Source: the human T2T-CHM13v2.0 reference genome, Homo sapiens
Length of the DNA: 64,000 nucleotides
Assembly (NCBI RefSeq): GCF_009914755.1
Contig: NC_060926.1
Reading direction: 5' to 3' (one strand)
The notes beneath the pieces were generated by a model, which saw only the letters and a program-made list of their open reading frames with translations, made no database searches and had not been told where the DNA came from. The translations under genes were made by a program, and so were the position numbers. Below are positions 13,898 through 26,300 of the stretch, piece by piece (within the stretch, counting starts at the first letter, position 1; each line of letters begins with the position of its first letter).

Positions 13898-14468
13898 CAA
13901 CGGGGCTCAGGACACATTACCCCAAAATATGGAACCTTGGCATTTGAGAAAACAGCAGAAGCAGGAAGGCAACTCTGACCTTCTCTCTCCTTTCTCCCCT
14001 GAAACAAGCCATAAATGAATTATCTAGCCTTTTTGTGAAGTAGGTCATAGGACTCTAATCTGCCCTTGGAGGAAAGGACACCCTAATCTGCCCTATACTT
14101 GGAGGAAAGGCCCCCCCACAATGTACTCTATACGTGGAGGAAGGGAATGTCGCACAGTGACATGGAGAAGAATCTGAATAAACAGGCCTTACTAAGTTCC
14201 CCCCACAGTCTAGTATATTACTATTAGATCATAACCCACACGGTCCTCCCATCATATTACCCCACAACTATCCACTTCGTCATCAAACTTAGCACAAAAA
14301 TTCACAGATTTCACTATTTCTTGGGTTTATTTCTGAAGACTCCAATGTCACTTAAAAGTTATATAAAATAAACTTATATGCTGTTCTCTTGTTACTGTGT
14401 CTTTTGTTATAAGGGTCTCAGCTATGAACTTAACAATGGGCAAGGAAAGACTTACCTTCGTCCCTACA
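13898..14468 (+). mobile_element. ERV1 solo LTR, MER34/MER39 group
   Basis: ggggctcaggacac...accccaaaatatgg...ttggcatttgagaaaacagcagaagcagg start; aaataaa...tgctgttctcttgtt...ccctaca end. Confidence 0.75.
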
Positions 14469-15289
14469 TCTGTTTGAAACATACTGTTCTGAACATTCTC
14501 ATGATTGCCAACCAAAACAAACAAATTTAAAAAAAAAAACAATTTTTTTTCAGTGTCTCTTTAAGAAAGTGACAAAGCTTTGTGACTGGAGGTTATATCT
14601 AAAATGTTTACTTTACTATAGAATTAAATTACATACATGTCCATAGGCCACCTCAGAGTCACTTTGATAAATATGGAAATATTTATCAAATGTGTATGTA
14701 ATGGTGGGAAAGTAAGTTCTGTATTTGAATTTTCATAAATATGTGTTGATGTCATCCTAAGATATTTCTTAATATATCAAATTAAAAGGCAAATATTTTA
14801 AAAATAAAAAGTAAAAACTACTACGGGTTCTGACTACATGACTATCTGCATTTTCATATACACATCTTCTTAACTATGCATCTAGTTTTCAATCAAATTT
14901 ATTACAGTACGATTTACATACCAAGTGAGTTTTAATTCATTTTTAACAATCACAATAATTATGCATACATTACTTCCCACCTTCAACTCCCAACAATTTT
15001 CTTCCTCATAAGCAAACTCTCATCAATTTCTTGAATAAGACATTTGGAAAATGTTGTTTATTTTTAGACTTGCAAAAAATTTTGGATTATCATTAAGTCT
15101 GTTTACCCATAATCTTTAAAATTAAATATATGCTTTAGAAACTTGTCTCAATTTAAAATTCATCTTCTTCATTAGAATGCTATTAATGAAACAGAAATTC
15201 AATACAAAAATTTAACAGTAATACAAAAGTTAAAAAATGTGTAAAAGTGGCATCTTTCCTATATCCAGATTTGAGTGTCTGCACATCTA

Positions 15290-15820
15290 ATCCTTTCCAA
15301 GGGCCTCAAAAGTTATTGAAATGCTCTCTAGTGCCCTATATGGCCTGACACCCTGTGACCTCTCTGGAACTATTATCTACTGTGCTCCCCTATGCTCTTC
15401 CGTTCTCTCTGTGCTAGCCACAAATGCATCAGGATTATGCCTCAAATGCATCAAACACATATAATGTCTTTGTATTGGCTGTTCTCTATGCCTGTGAGTC
15501 TCTTCCCCAAAATATTCACACAACCATCTGGCTCACCCCTTCAGGATTTTGCTCAAATATCACTTTTTCTATGAAGGAGGCTTATCTTGAGTTCCCTATT
15601 GCAGCTTGCCTCTCTTTACTATACCACACTCAATGCCCTTATTCAGCTCTCCTTTGTACTTGCTAGGTTTATGGCTTATTATCTGTCTTCCCAGGAATAT
15701 ATTCTTCTTGGCAGTAGGGATCTCTTTCTGTGCAGTTCAGTGACGAAGCCTAAGCTCCAAAGAATATCACCTGATGCATATTAGGCGCTCAACAAATACT
15801 TGTTGAACAAAAGAATAAAG
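15290..15820 (+). mobile_element. L2 3' fragment
   Basis: Ends in the L2 tail motif taggcgctcaacaaatacttgttgaa. Confidence 0.7.
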
Positions 15821-15824
15821 TGGT

Positions 15825-16450
15825 TAGTCACCAGGAAAATGCAAGTCAAATCCACGATGAAATATCACCTCACACGTGTTAAGATGGCTATCATGGAAAA
15901 GATAATAACAAGTATTAGCAAGGATGTGGAAAAGTAGAATTCTCCTACAGTGCTGGAGGGAATGGAGAATGGCACAGCCACTTTAGAGAGCAGTTTCACA
16001 GTGCCTCAAATGGTTAAACATAGTGTCTGTATGGCCGAACAAATCCGAGTTTACCCAAGTAAAATGAAAATATATGTCTACACTAAAATTTGTACAGAAA
16101 GGATCATAGCAGCAATATTTATAGTAGTCAAAAAGTAGAAATAACTCAAATGTCCATCTAATGATGAATAAATGTGGTATACCCATATCATAGAATATCA
16201 TTCATGGTTAAAAGTAAGTGAAGTATGAATGCATGCTACAATATAAATGAACCATGAAAATATTATTCCAATTAAAGAAGCTAATCAGAAAGGACCACAT
16301 ATTATATGATTTAATTTGTAGGAAATTTCCAGAATAGGCAAATCTATAAGGAAGTAGATACCTGGTTGCTTAGGGCTGAGGGGAGTGAGAGTTTGAGGAC
16401 TGACAGCTAAGTGGGGAAGGGTTTCTTTTTGGTGTGATAAAAATGTTTTA
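15825..16450 (+). mobile_element. L1MB-like 3' region
   Basis: ggaaaatgcaagtcaaa...aaggatgtggaaaa...ccagaataggcaaatctata motifs. Confidence 0.8.
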
Positions 16451-16749
16451 GGATGGGTGCAGTGCTTCACACTTGAAATCCCAGCACTTTAGGAGGCCAA
16501 GGCGAGGGGATCACTTGAGCCCAAGAGTTTGAGAACAGCCTGGGCAACATGACAACAACCTCTACAAAAAATACAAAAAAAAAGCTGGGTGTGGTGCCAT
16601 GTGCCTGTAGTTCCAGCTACTCAGGAGGCTGAGGTGGGAGGATAGCTTAAACCTGGGAGGTAGAGGCTGCAGTGAGTTGTAATGCCACCACTGCACTCCA
16701 GCCTGGGCAACAGAGCCAGACCCTGTCTCCAAAAGGAAAAAAAAAAAAA
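16451..16749 (+). mobile_element. AluJ element
   Basis: Diverged Alu with J-type gatcacttgagcccaag and gaccctgtctc motifs, and an A tail. Confidence 0.93.
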
Positions 16750-19700
16750 CAAACTTTAAATCACAATTTGTGCTGTCAAACAAGTAAGGAAATATAAGTA
16801 TAGGCTACAATATCAAAAACATTTTATGATTTTTGATAATAGTACAGAAAAACAGATAATAGTCTTGCAAAAATATCTAATTGGTTTATAGATCTAACTG
16901 ACATACTATGTAATACAAGGACAATTGAACATGTTAAACAATGTCATAGTATACAGTATGCAAATCTAGACTTCAAAATTCTACAAGATAAATTAACTGT
17001 TTTTTTTTAACAACCGAAAATTTCCAAGCCTCCTAAATAACCAAGATAAAAAGGAAAACTAGATTAAAAATATTTAAGAGACATATCAGTTATTTGCAAT
17101 ATATGGACTTTATCTGGATCCCAATTCAGAGACACACACAACAGGCTCATATATGTAGAATATATTAAAAGTTCCACAAAAAGTTATTAGAACTAAGAAA
17201 TGACCAGAGTAAGTACAGAGAATACAAAGAACAATTGTATTTCTGTATACTAGGAAGGAAAAAATAGAAATTAAAATTAAATCAACTGCAGATTTGTAAC
17301 AGCAGCAGAAACATATTAAGTACTCAGTGCAGAAAAAAGTCCAGTGCCAGCCTGGAATATCTTGTGGGGCCAGAAATAAAGAACTTGTTGAAAAACTGAC
17401 GAGGCATGTCAAGAGAACATGGGAGTACACTTGGAGGACCTCTTAATGGCCATATGGGGGGACATTGGAGAAACAAATAAAAATAGTTTTAGATTATAAT
17501 CTATGGAATAAATAAAATAAATTTCCATGATTCCACACTGACATAAATAATTGAAAAAAAAAAAACCAAGTTAACAAATAAACAAGGGAAAGTTCTTCCT
17601 TAGAGGAGATTTCTGGTTAATAAATATGGAAGAAACTAATTGAAATTGAAAATTATCACTTGGCAAGATTTACATTAAATCACTGTTTCAGGCAAAAACA
17701 TGAAACAAATGCTAAAATTAGTGGGCTAAGATACAATGAGGATTACAATATTTACATAGTTTCAAAAACTCTTCCTACAAGAATATTAATTAGTTTCATA
17801 GGGAATAAATAGTAACTTTACAGTGGAATAAAATGTCACTTTAACCAAGTGATCAAAGTTAGCATTACTGAGAAGGGCAAATGTCACTATTATAATCTCC
17901 CTCCCAACATTTATAACCAGAATTTAATCATGAGACAATATCAAATAAACCCAAATTGAGGGACATGCTAAAAAACAACAGGCCAATACTCCTCAAATAC
18001 ATAAAGTTAAAGCAAGAGAAAGCAAGACTGGGGTAATATCTAATATTAACTCTCAACAAGGAAATCTGGTCATCAAATGTAATGTGTGATCCAGGATTTG
18101 ACCCTGGTTTAGAAGAGAGTTTATTAATACAGTTGCAGAAATTTGAAAAAGATCTGTAGATTAATTAATAATGTATCAATGTCAGTTTTCATAACTATTA
18201 TGGGTATTTAAAATGTTAACATTTGGGGAAGCTTGGTCAAGGTTCTATAGGAACTCTCTGTACTATTTTGTAACTTTTTTGCAGCCTAACATTATTTTAA
18301 AAATTAAATCATTAAACATAAAACAATTTCATAACAATAAACATGAAATACATTTACTAAAATATGTACAAGATCTCTACACTGAAAACTAATAAACTGA
18401 TGCCAGAATTAAAGAACCTAAATAAGTTATTGTATGCTTGCCATATTTAACAATAGCAAAACTCATTACAATTATGATATAAATTCTACCCTGACTTATC
18501 TATAATACAGTAAAATCCCATTCAAAATTTTAACATAAGTTTTTGTTGAAATTCTCAAACTAATTCTAAAATGTATAGGAAAATGAAAAGAAACCAAAAT
18601 AGCTCACACATTATACTTACTTAATTTTTGACAAAGGTGTAAAGGCAATTACATGAGGAAAAGGTGCTCTTCAATAAATGAAGTTGGAACAACTATATAT
18701 ATACATGTTTGTGATTGTGTACACACAAAAAGAAAGATAAATGGGGATTTAGTGGAATGTACTGGTGCTCAGAAAACAATACCCCGAAGTGAAGACCTCA
18801 GAAGCAGCCTCAGAAGCAAAGTTTCTCCCTGACTTTCTCCTGTCCTCCTATCTCTGGCCCCTCATTCTCCCTGGAGGCAAGCCATAAAAAATACAATTCC
18901 TCTTCCCCAATGTGAGTGATAGAAACTAAAACTCCTTTTCTTCACAGCCAGCCGTAAAAGGTAGAATGATTACTGTAACTTTTCCCACCTCTCTGTCTAG
19001 GAGCTGGCCGTGAAGAAATTTTCTATCCTACCCTTGTACTACAGTAGGTCATAAGTCCCTCATTTCATAGAGATCCTGCCCCATACCGACACACAGAATC
19101 CAAAAAGAATCTGACCACACAGGCCTGGTTGAGTTTTCTCACCTCAGTCTGCTAGCATTTGATCATACCCTTCTTGTCCGATCATATTTCTACATGGCTG
19201 TCCATTCTTCATTGAACTTAAACATAAAAATGAATCATTTTCCTTGTGTCTTTGGGTATTCATTCTGAAGGTTCCCATGTCACGTAAAGCTGTGATTAAA
19301 TTGTTATGCTTTTCTCTTGTTAGCCTATCTTTTGTTATAGAAGTGTCGGCTGTGACTCTTAGGATAAAGAGGAAAGGTATCATGCCTTTTCAGCCCGACA
19401 GAATGAAGGAAAGAATTAGATTGTTTCAAGGATGAATTGTCTCAAGTAATTAATATAAACTCATATAAGTAAAGAAAAAAATAACATCTATACAAATTTC
19501 CTCAAAAAAATAGAAAAATTGGAAATACTTTCCAATTCATTTTATAAAACTAGAGTAACCCTAATACCTAAATTTAACAGACACTACAAGAAATAATATA
19601 TCAATATATTTTATGACTACCAATCTAAATATTTTAAGCAAAATATTAGTAATTCAAATTTAACACTATATAAAAAATAATACATGATTATTAAGATGGT

Positions 19701-20380
19701 TTATCTCAGGAATGCTTTAATATTTAAAAAAGATTAATGTAATTTACTATATAAACAAAATAAACCAGAAAATACATGAGATCCTTGCAACAGATAAAGA
19801 AAAAGCATTTGACAAAATTTAACCCTGATTCATGAGAAGAAGATACAGCAAATTAGAAATAAAAGGAAATTTCCTCAAACTGATAAAGAATATCAATGGA
19901 CAATCTACAAGTTAACACAATACCTAGTGGTGGTGGTGATTATAAGACCCTATATATTTTCAAAGTTACTTTTAAAAGTTTAGTGACTTTATCTTATATA
20001 AATTGTGACTCAGTATGATTTTTAAAAGACAGCTGCAGATATTTTGACTGAATATTTGATAAATTAAGGAACCATTATTCGAAAATATACTAATGGTTTT
20101 GCAATAATGGAAACTGATAAAAACAATTTCTTTTTGTTTACACTAACATGTTTAGTGTAACTAACATTCACTAACATGTTTATAGATACAAAGTACTAAC
20201 ATGTTTACAGATACAATGTCTTACTGTGTGAGATTTGATTCACAATTATCTAGAGACTAGACATTAGAGGGGGTGTTTGGCAAACAAAATTTGCTGTAAG
20301 TTGAGAAGTATTAAAGCTGGGTGATTGGCACATGAGATTAATAATAATTTTCTCTCTATATTGTAGCCATTTGAGATTTT
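16750..20380 (+). mobile_element. Cluster of old L1M (L1MC/L1ME-like) 3'UTR and ORF2 fragments
   Basis: A-rich decayed L1 motifs (aaacccaaattgagggacat, gaactctctgtactattttgtaact, aaaagcatttgacaaaatt); interrupted by an LTR at 18760-19400. Confidence 0.6.
18760..19400 (+). mobile_element. MER39-like ERV1 solo LTR
   Basis: gctcagaaaacaatacccc...cctcagaagcagcctcagaagcaaa start, ...cccgaca end; flanking direct repeat gaatg (18755-18759 / 19401-19405). Confidence 0.8.
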
Positions 20381-20383
20381 TTT

Positions 20384-20709
20384 CTTTTTTAAATTTCTTT
20401 TCTTTTCTGTTATTTATTTATTTATTTATTTTGAGACACAGTCTTGCTCTGTCACCCAGGCTGGGGTGCAGTGGCACGATCTTGGCTCATTGCAACCTCC
20501 ACCTCCTGGGTTCAAGTGATTCTCCTGCCTCAGCCTCCTGAGTAGCTGGATTTACAGGCATGCACCACCACACCTATTTTTGTATTTTTAGTAGAGATAG
20601 GGTTTCACCATGTTAGCCAGGCTGGTCTCCAACTCCTGGCCTCAAACGATCTGTCTGCTTCAGCGTCCCAAAGTGCTAGGATTACAAGCATGAGCCACCA
20701 TGCCCCAGC
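20384..20709 (-). mobile_element. AluS element
   Basis: Reverse Alu with degenerate T-rich tail; TSD tgagattttttt (20372-20383 / 20710-20721). Confidence 0.95.
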
Positions 20710-20966
20710 TGAGATTTTTTTAAGTTGAAAAGTAAAGTAAAATTAAATAAAAAAATTAAATGTAAGACAAGGAACTTAAATTACTGTTGTGCTTATAATA
20801 ACAATTCTAGGGTATAAGATGGTACATATTTTTAATACCAGGAAACTGTTCAAAGTGTTAAATGTTTTCTTAAATATTAAACACTAAGTTACAGAACCAA
20901 GCATAGAACTCAAAGTTTCCCATATCTAATCCATGAATCCATGATAAGCTAAATGCTCTATTATTT

Positions 20967-21014
20967 CACACACACACACACACCCACACACACAAACACA
21001 CACACATACACACA
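20967..21014. repeat. Interrupted (CA)n microsatellite
   Basis: Seen directly in the sequence. Confidence 0.92.
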
Positions 21015-23381
21015 TGCACTACTGTGAAACAACAGACAAAGTCTAATCAAGGCTTCAAAGAAAATTATTAAAGTGATAGTTGGAGAGATATTAGAGATTA
21101 CTAATACTGAATAGTGCCATGAAATAAAATTTGATATTTTCTATTTCATTCTTCTATTGCTTAGATAATTCAAGCTATATAAATGCTTTTTCTTTTACTT
21201 GTCATGATAATTTTAAAAAATTTAATGAAGCATTACTTTAGAAGGCAAAACTAATCTGAAATGGAAAGCAGTCTGACAGTTCACAATTGTACAGCTCAGC
21301 CTTACGAAGCAGATTACTGTCTTCTAATACTGTAACCACTTTTCCTCTACTGGTGTCATTCTATTGATTTACACCTACAGAACAAGGTGTTACTCAGAAA
21401 ATGGAGTACTTTTATCAAAGCAATTTCATGAGAAAATTGATTCATCATGCCAACATTTTATAGGACATTCAATCATGTTTTAATACTAAGAGTACTGCTT
21501 TCCGTGTTGAGTGTATCTGGAATTACATTCAAAACAAAATATTCAGAGGAGTTTTAAAGCTATTGTGACCACTTATTATATCTTAATCCAGGCCAAATGT
21601 CTTTTAAATGAAGAACTACATACTTTATTCATATTTTACCGAATAGACAGAAAAAGTGAGAAGATGAATGGATTGAAGTAGATGGACAGAAGCCTAAGGT
21701 CTGTTGTCTTTTGACACAGTCATAATTCTGATGCTTCTTCATTACTAACACAAGTGCAAGCCCTATGGGAGGGAGGGGTAGACAGGGTAACAAGGAGATA
21801 ACACTCTTTGGGTTGTTTTGTCAATAATTTATCTCTCCTCTGATAGTAATATAGAGTTAGTGCATTTTGCATTCATTGAAAGAGAATTTTATTCAAAGAA
21901 TACATGACTTTGAAATGTGATTGAAATTGGGTAATGGAAGATTTAATTAGATGAATACAATGCCACATTACAATATAAACTCTCCTTACATTCTTTAGTT
22001 TTTCTGAACTAAGATTTTCCTATTTTACTAACTTGTAATGTGGCACAACTGAAATTTTTTTCCTTATTTTTGAAACCTGGTAGCAAATTAAAAATCCTTT
22101 AGATATTCACTTTAGCAATATGTATTGTTTTCCACATACAATAACAAAAACTAAGAGATATCCTTGGATTTCAGATTTTCTATTAGAATTTAAAACCACT
22201 TTAATCAAATATATCATATAAGTGTTATTTCTAAATGGTACCAGAACTTTCAGCACACATTTATCAAGTTTATTTTCAATACTGCTTATGTAACATTCAA
22301 AAAGCAAACACTAAAATATGAATACTCATATAATCAATAAAAAATGTTATGCTAGGAGATAAATGTCATTGAAAGCTATTTGGCATTCAATACTAAGATA
22401 TCCTCCTGACTTCCAAAATGATTAACCTTGACAGCATAAAAATGGAAACTCTCTTATTCCAGTCATCAATGGCTTTCCTCAATTAAAAAGTAAAATTTTT
22501 AAATAGAGAAACAAATATATACAGAATTACAGGACTTCTTGTGATGTATACAGTTTAATTAAAAATCAGAAGAAAGCAAGGCACCAAATAGACTCTGAGA
22601 AGCTCTTTGTTATAAAAGTATTTCAAATTAAATCTAGTCAGGAGCTTAAGATATACTAAGTTTTAGCATTTCAGCATAACTTAAAGCCACTCTTGTTGTT
22701 TCAGAAACATTGATATCCTGAAAGATCTACTTGTATATTTTTTAAAGTGTGTCTTTCAAGAAACACTGGTATGATTTAGCTGCAATTTAAGAAGATAGTA
22801 TTACTTTAGGATTTTTTTATTGCAATTTTCAGAGGAAAAATGGAAGCACACTGAGAAAAACAGATTTTTTTTCACGGCAGATTCTAAGTGGAAAAAAAGT
22901 AGCCTGAAGAATATGGCAAACATACTCCATATTCCTCTAATTGTTTATTACGTAATAATATATAATATATATTTTATTTTATGACATATATATCTGTATA
23001 TATACACACATTGCTGAACTTTTACATGAACATTTAAAGATATGATGAATATATGTCATAAAAATTGTTTTATATATCATTTTTTCTGAATTGTAATTTT
23101 TTGAAGATATATTATTGGCCACAGCATATTTTAACCCATGTAATAATAAAATGTTTGAAAATTAGGATTTAAGATTCTTCAATTTTTACACTTAGAAAAC
23201 ATGTTTACTTTTCTATATTAATATTCTCAACAAAAATTGAAATGGTGCCAATTTACCAGATCCCTCATTATATGGGAAGTTTTACTTATTTACATTTTTT
23301 GTTTTAATTAAATAAGGATATTTACTTATAAAGAAATTATATTTTCACCTGAAATTCTGCACAGTTTAAAATAAGTGGCAA

Positions 23382-26300
23382 GGGATTCTGACATTAGCAA
23401 GATGTTTGATAAGAAATCCCTAGTGCTCATTTCCCAACAAAAACAGCCAAAACAACAAATAAACAACTGCATTTTCATGAAAGTAAATAAAGGAGAGCAC
23501 CAGAGTACATCGAAGGAGTAACAGAAACCCTAGTGAGCAGAAAAGCTCAGGATAGCCACACAGAAAACTGAAAGAAACACCTGGCCCTCACCACTTCATT
23601 CCTCTCCTGGGATGAGCTGGGAGTCAGGAGGAACTTCTCCCAGTGGGGAAAAGGTAAACAAAAGGATCCCAGTAGCTCCCATTAACACCTTGGACACTTA
23701 CAGTACTCACCACTGGGGACCCCCGCAGTCCTCACAGGCACGAAGCCCAGCTGAAGGAGCTGCCTGGAGTCCACACGGCTATGCTTCCCCCAGAGAAGGA
23801 GTGACACTGTGTCCCACTCCCTGTACCCTGCATGGCTTCTCTGCTATGCCATTTTGGAACTGCAACTACTGATGGTGTGTATGTGGCTCCAGAGGTGAGT
23901 GGCCATGGCACTCTTTTATCACTGAGACTAAGCTGCTGCCAAACCAGCCCTGCCCAGTGTCCTGACATTCCCAAGCCATTCCACAAGTAGCTGCTAACCC
24001 CTTCGCCAGGGGGTCAAGCAGTTGTAGAAGTCCTCCACCCTACCCTTCCCAGTTGCAGGTGAGCCCTACCCCTAGAAGGCTGAGCTGAAGCTCTTACTGC
24101 TTCTCATGAAAACAGTGCCTTGGCAGAACCATCCCATGTATACCCAAGAGTCACTGCTGAGCCCAGCAACTAGGGGCTGGAGCTAAAGTTGTTCACCTCC
24201 TCCTGAAAAAACAGTACCTGGCCAGAGTTGCTTTATCTATACCTTCTAGCCACTGCTGCACTTGTCCCTAGGGGCCTCAGCTGGAGTTGAGCACTGCCTC
24301 CGGAGGGAAGAGTGCCCTGGTAGAGACACTTCAAAAACCCATCCCAGTTGCTGCTGAGATTTGCCCCATGGTATTCAAGCTGAAGCTGTGCACTGCCTCC
24401 CAGGGACATGATGCTTTGATGGAGCCACTCCATATACCCCTCCCAGTTTTGGCTGCACTTTGCCCACTACGCTAAAGCTGAAGCAATGCCTAGCTTCTCA
24501 GGGAAACTGTTCCTTGGCCTCTCAGAGAAGTAACATACCTGTGCCTGAGCTGAAGCAGTATCACACCTCCTGGGAAAACATACTGTACCCTGGTCAGCCA
24601 GAACCTCAACAGTGCCTAAGTTAAAGCAGCAGCCTGACTCCTATGAAATGGGGGTGTGGTCACCCACAGTGATCATGCACAATACTTAAGCTGAAGGGAT
24701 GCACTACATCCCAGGGAAACAGTTCCTGGGCTACCTAGAACAATCACACCCTCACCCCCGATCCTGAGCTGAAGTGACACATTGCAACCTGGGGAATTGG
24801 TAGCTTGGCTGAACTAAGCAGCGGCACATCCCAAGTCTGAGCTGCTATAGTACCCCACATTCCATGGAAACAAAAATGGCTAGGCTGAGACACCCTGCCC
24901 CATAAGACAAACAACTCTAATACTCCATTTCCCTAAAGCTCGACTAGACTCCTTGAGTCCAAGCTGCTGAGATACCTTCTCTCTGGGAAGTACAATTATT
25001 ATTGAGCTGCCCCTTGCCCCCAGGGTCCAAGCAACAGCTGTGTTCTGCCATTTTGGACTACTTACTGCTACTGCACTTGGCCTCAGAATCTGGGATACTG
25101 ACAAGTCCTACAATCCCAGGGTCTAGAGTCACCACTATATGCTGACTTATTCCTTGGGAGCCAAGTTACCACTGAGACCTATTGTCTCTGATTCCCAAAT
25201 TCAGCCATACTTTGCTCCTCACGCCCAAACCTCCAGAGAATCCTTTCTTCCTCAGAGTTTGGCCCGTGTTGTGCCCACAGGGGCAGAATCACAGCTACAT
25301 CCTGACCCACTGAGCCCAAGCTGCTAGGGGTTGTCTCAGAGTCATAGATCCTGGTTGTTTGAGCAATCAACATCCAATTCTGGAACAAAGAGTGAAGTTG
25401 CACCTCATGACCCAGGTGCCACAGTAGGTTCACAAGACCTTAAGCCTATGACCCAGGCTCCATAGCTACTCCAAACAACTAGAACCCTGTGCCACCACAG
25501 TTGCTTGTCGCCTATGTCAGACCCAAAACAAAGAGGGATCTCCTTGGCTAAATCTCCATCAAAACCCATTGCCACCAAAGACCTTAACAACATATGCTAC
25601 CTCTGCTGCTACCACAAACTTCCATAGTCAAAATTATTGAGACACTCATAGTTATTACTGATGTTGATTGCTGCTTAAGAAGTTTCACAGAGACTGTATC
25701 ACTGCTTTTACTCAGAACCTGAGTCATCACACCCTTCGTAACCAGTACACTAAGACCCATCTGTGGATAAACATCTTTCTCTGTAACGCCCACACCATAA
25801 CATTTGAAGAGGTGATTGTTCCACCAGAAGCACAGACAACAAAGCAGGGACACAAGAAACAAAAAAAAGAAGGAAATATGACACTACCAAAGGAGCAAAA
25901 TAACTCTCCAGAAACTGACCCAAAGGAAAAGAAAATCTATAAATTGCCAGAAGAGAAATTCAAAATAATAATCTTAAGATAATGCACCATGGTCCAAAAA
26001 AAAAAAAAAAAATACAGGTAAACAATTCAACAAAATCAGAGAGGAAAAATACCAAATGGATTAGAATTTTAATAAAAAGATAAATATCATAAAAAGAACC
26101 AAACATAAACCCTGAAACTAATTCCATGAATAAAATAAAAAAATATAACTGAGAGTTTCAACATCAGACTAGATCAAGCAGAATAAAGAATTTCTTAATC
26201 TGAAGATAGATTACTTATAATTATTCTGTCAGAGAAAGAAGAAATAATGAAAAAAAGTAAAGGAAGTCTACAGAACTATGAGACACCATTAAATGAACAA

